This document shows, in pieces, positions 62,696 to 64,000 of a stretch of 64,000 nt of DNA. Positions within the stretch are counted from its first letter, which is position 1. Every line of letters starts with the position of its first letter. This DNA is from Cetorhinus maximus. Lineage: Eukaryota. Below the pieces are notes generated by a model. The model was not told the origin of the DNA. It searched no databases and was given only the letters and a program-made list of their open reading frames with translations. Made by a program: the position numbers and the translations under genes. The DNA lies in NCBI RefSeq assembly GCF_964194155.1, contig NC_135915.1:3720001-3784000 (forward strand), written 5' to 3'.

Positions 62696-63312
62696 TTCAC
62701 TCTCTCTCTCTCTCCCACACATACAGGAAACAAACAGGCTGACAGACAGAGGCAGCTACACAAAACAGACTGACCCTCAGCGCTCTCCCACTGTAGGATG
62801 CTGTCATGTTCACATGGCACAGAAACACATTGCGTACACGCACACACATACACACACACATACACAGATCGACAGACAGAGAGACGTGCGCTCTCTATCT
62901 CACACACACGCACACATACAAAGGGACACAAACGGACAGGTGGACAGATACATAAATAGATGCGTGCACTCCGATAGGCACGCACAGTCATACACAAACA
63001 TACACACACGAACACAAAAATCATGCATACAGTCAGCCACACACACAGGCGGACATATACTCAAATGTGCGCCTACACGCATATACGCATGCACGTACAT
63101 ATAGACGGACAGGCACTCAGACAGACACAGACGCACACAGCCACGGACATACGCACAAACACAAAGACACACACATACACATTGTCACAAACATTCGCAC
63201 ACAAAAAGACGGACAGAAACTTAAATAGACATATTTACTCACACACTCAAATACATACACGCACACACAACCTCACCTTCAGCAATCTCCCTCGGCTGGG
63301 GTTTATCATATT

Positions 63313-63447
63313 NNNNNNNNNNNNNNNNNNNNNNNNNNNNNNNNNNNNNNNNNNNNNNNNNNNNNNNNNNNNNNNNNNNNNNNNNNNNNNNNNNNNNNNN
63401 NNNNNNNNNNNNNNNNNNNNNNNNNNNNNNNNNNNNNNNNNNNNNNN
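63313..63447. other. Assembly gap (135 N)
   Basis: Run of N. Confidence 1.
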
Positions 63448-64000
63448 GCACAAACAAATAGATGCTAAATAATTAAGATCAATTATACACTCTAGCATAA
63501 ATTGACATTTGGTTGCAAAGTTGGGCTTCAGACCCTATGCACAGGAATACAATTGTACGTGTTGCTTTTATTGGACATAATAACTAATCCACAGGTTATA
63601 ATGTTCGATCTGACTTGTAAAAGTTAACTTGTTAGCCAACACACAGACGGGTAAATTTAGTGTAAATAGTGAATTGATCATGATAACTAATATTAAGGAT
63701 ATAAAGTAAAGCTAATTGTTCTATTGGTCTTGAAAACATTCCATGGGGAGAAAAGAAAAATATAACGGTATTTCAGCTGATAAGCAACTAAATCAGAAGA
63801 TTGCTGAACTGTGATGAGAATAGAATAGCATTTCCAACGGGTGTGGACAAGTTAGTGGAATGGATAGGCAGGTGGTAGGTGACGTTCAACACAAATAGAT
63901 GCGAAATGATTTATTTTAGTAGCGAGAACATGAGGAGAGACAGCACAAAATAGAGGATACATCTCTGAAGGGGGTATGAGCAGAGGGACAAGTCATTGAA

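Larger units (their letters stand above)
57758..64000 (-). repeat. Right arm of the large inverted duplication (runs to the window end)
   Basis: Reverse complement of 51070-57113 with scattered substitutions and indels. Confidence 0.95.

Noticed and set aside
51070-64000. Palindrome as a pure assembly fold-back artefact
   Set aside because: The arms differ at many sites and in VNTR copy number, unlike a chimeric read duplication. Orientation across the gap still needs confirmation.

Overview
Repeat-rich vertebrate genomic DNA. The repeat families and gene type point to a cartilaginous fish (shark), which is an inference. The window holds two co-oriented, two-exon class A GPCR genes of the GPR139/GPR142-like type on the + strand. 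One is a pseudogene (exon 1 ~10974-11166, exon 2 19443-20317, with stops and frameshifts). The other is apparently intact and encodes 321 aa (exon 1 36531-36594, exon 2 47198-48099). Both have the same phase-1 intron inside TM1. Around them lie a near-complete Penelope-like retroelement with pseudo-LTRs and hammerhead-like motifs, many CR1/L2 LINE fragments, a probable decayed endogenous retrovirus with an env-like region, a Harbinger-type Myb/SANT remnant, several minisatellites and ~10 kb of GA-rich DNA with hidden higher-order periodicity. The last 13 kb is a diverged inverted duplication with ~6 kb arms centred near a gap. The most intriguing signals are two tandem arrays made of transcription-factor-like composite motifs. 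A 32-bp array upstream of the GPCRs carries an EBF/Olf-1 palindrome next to a TAATGA homeodomain site. A 41-bp array starts at the GPCR stop codon and carries TGACTGACAG-N9-CCAAT. All functional readings are hypotheses, repeat boundaries are approximate, and no database searches were run.
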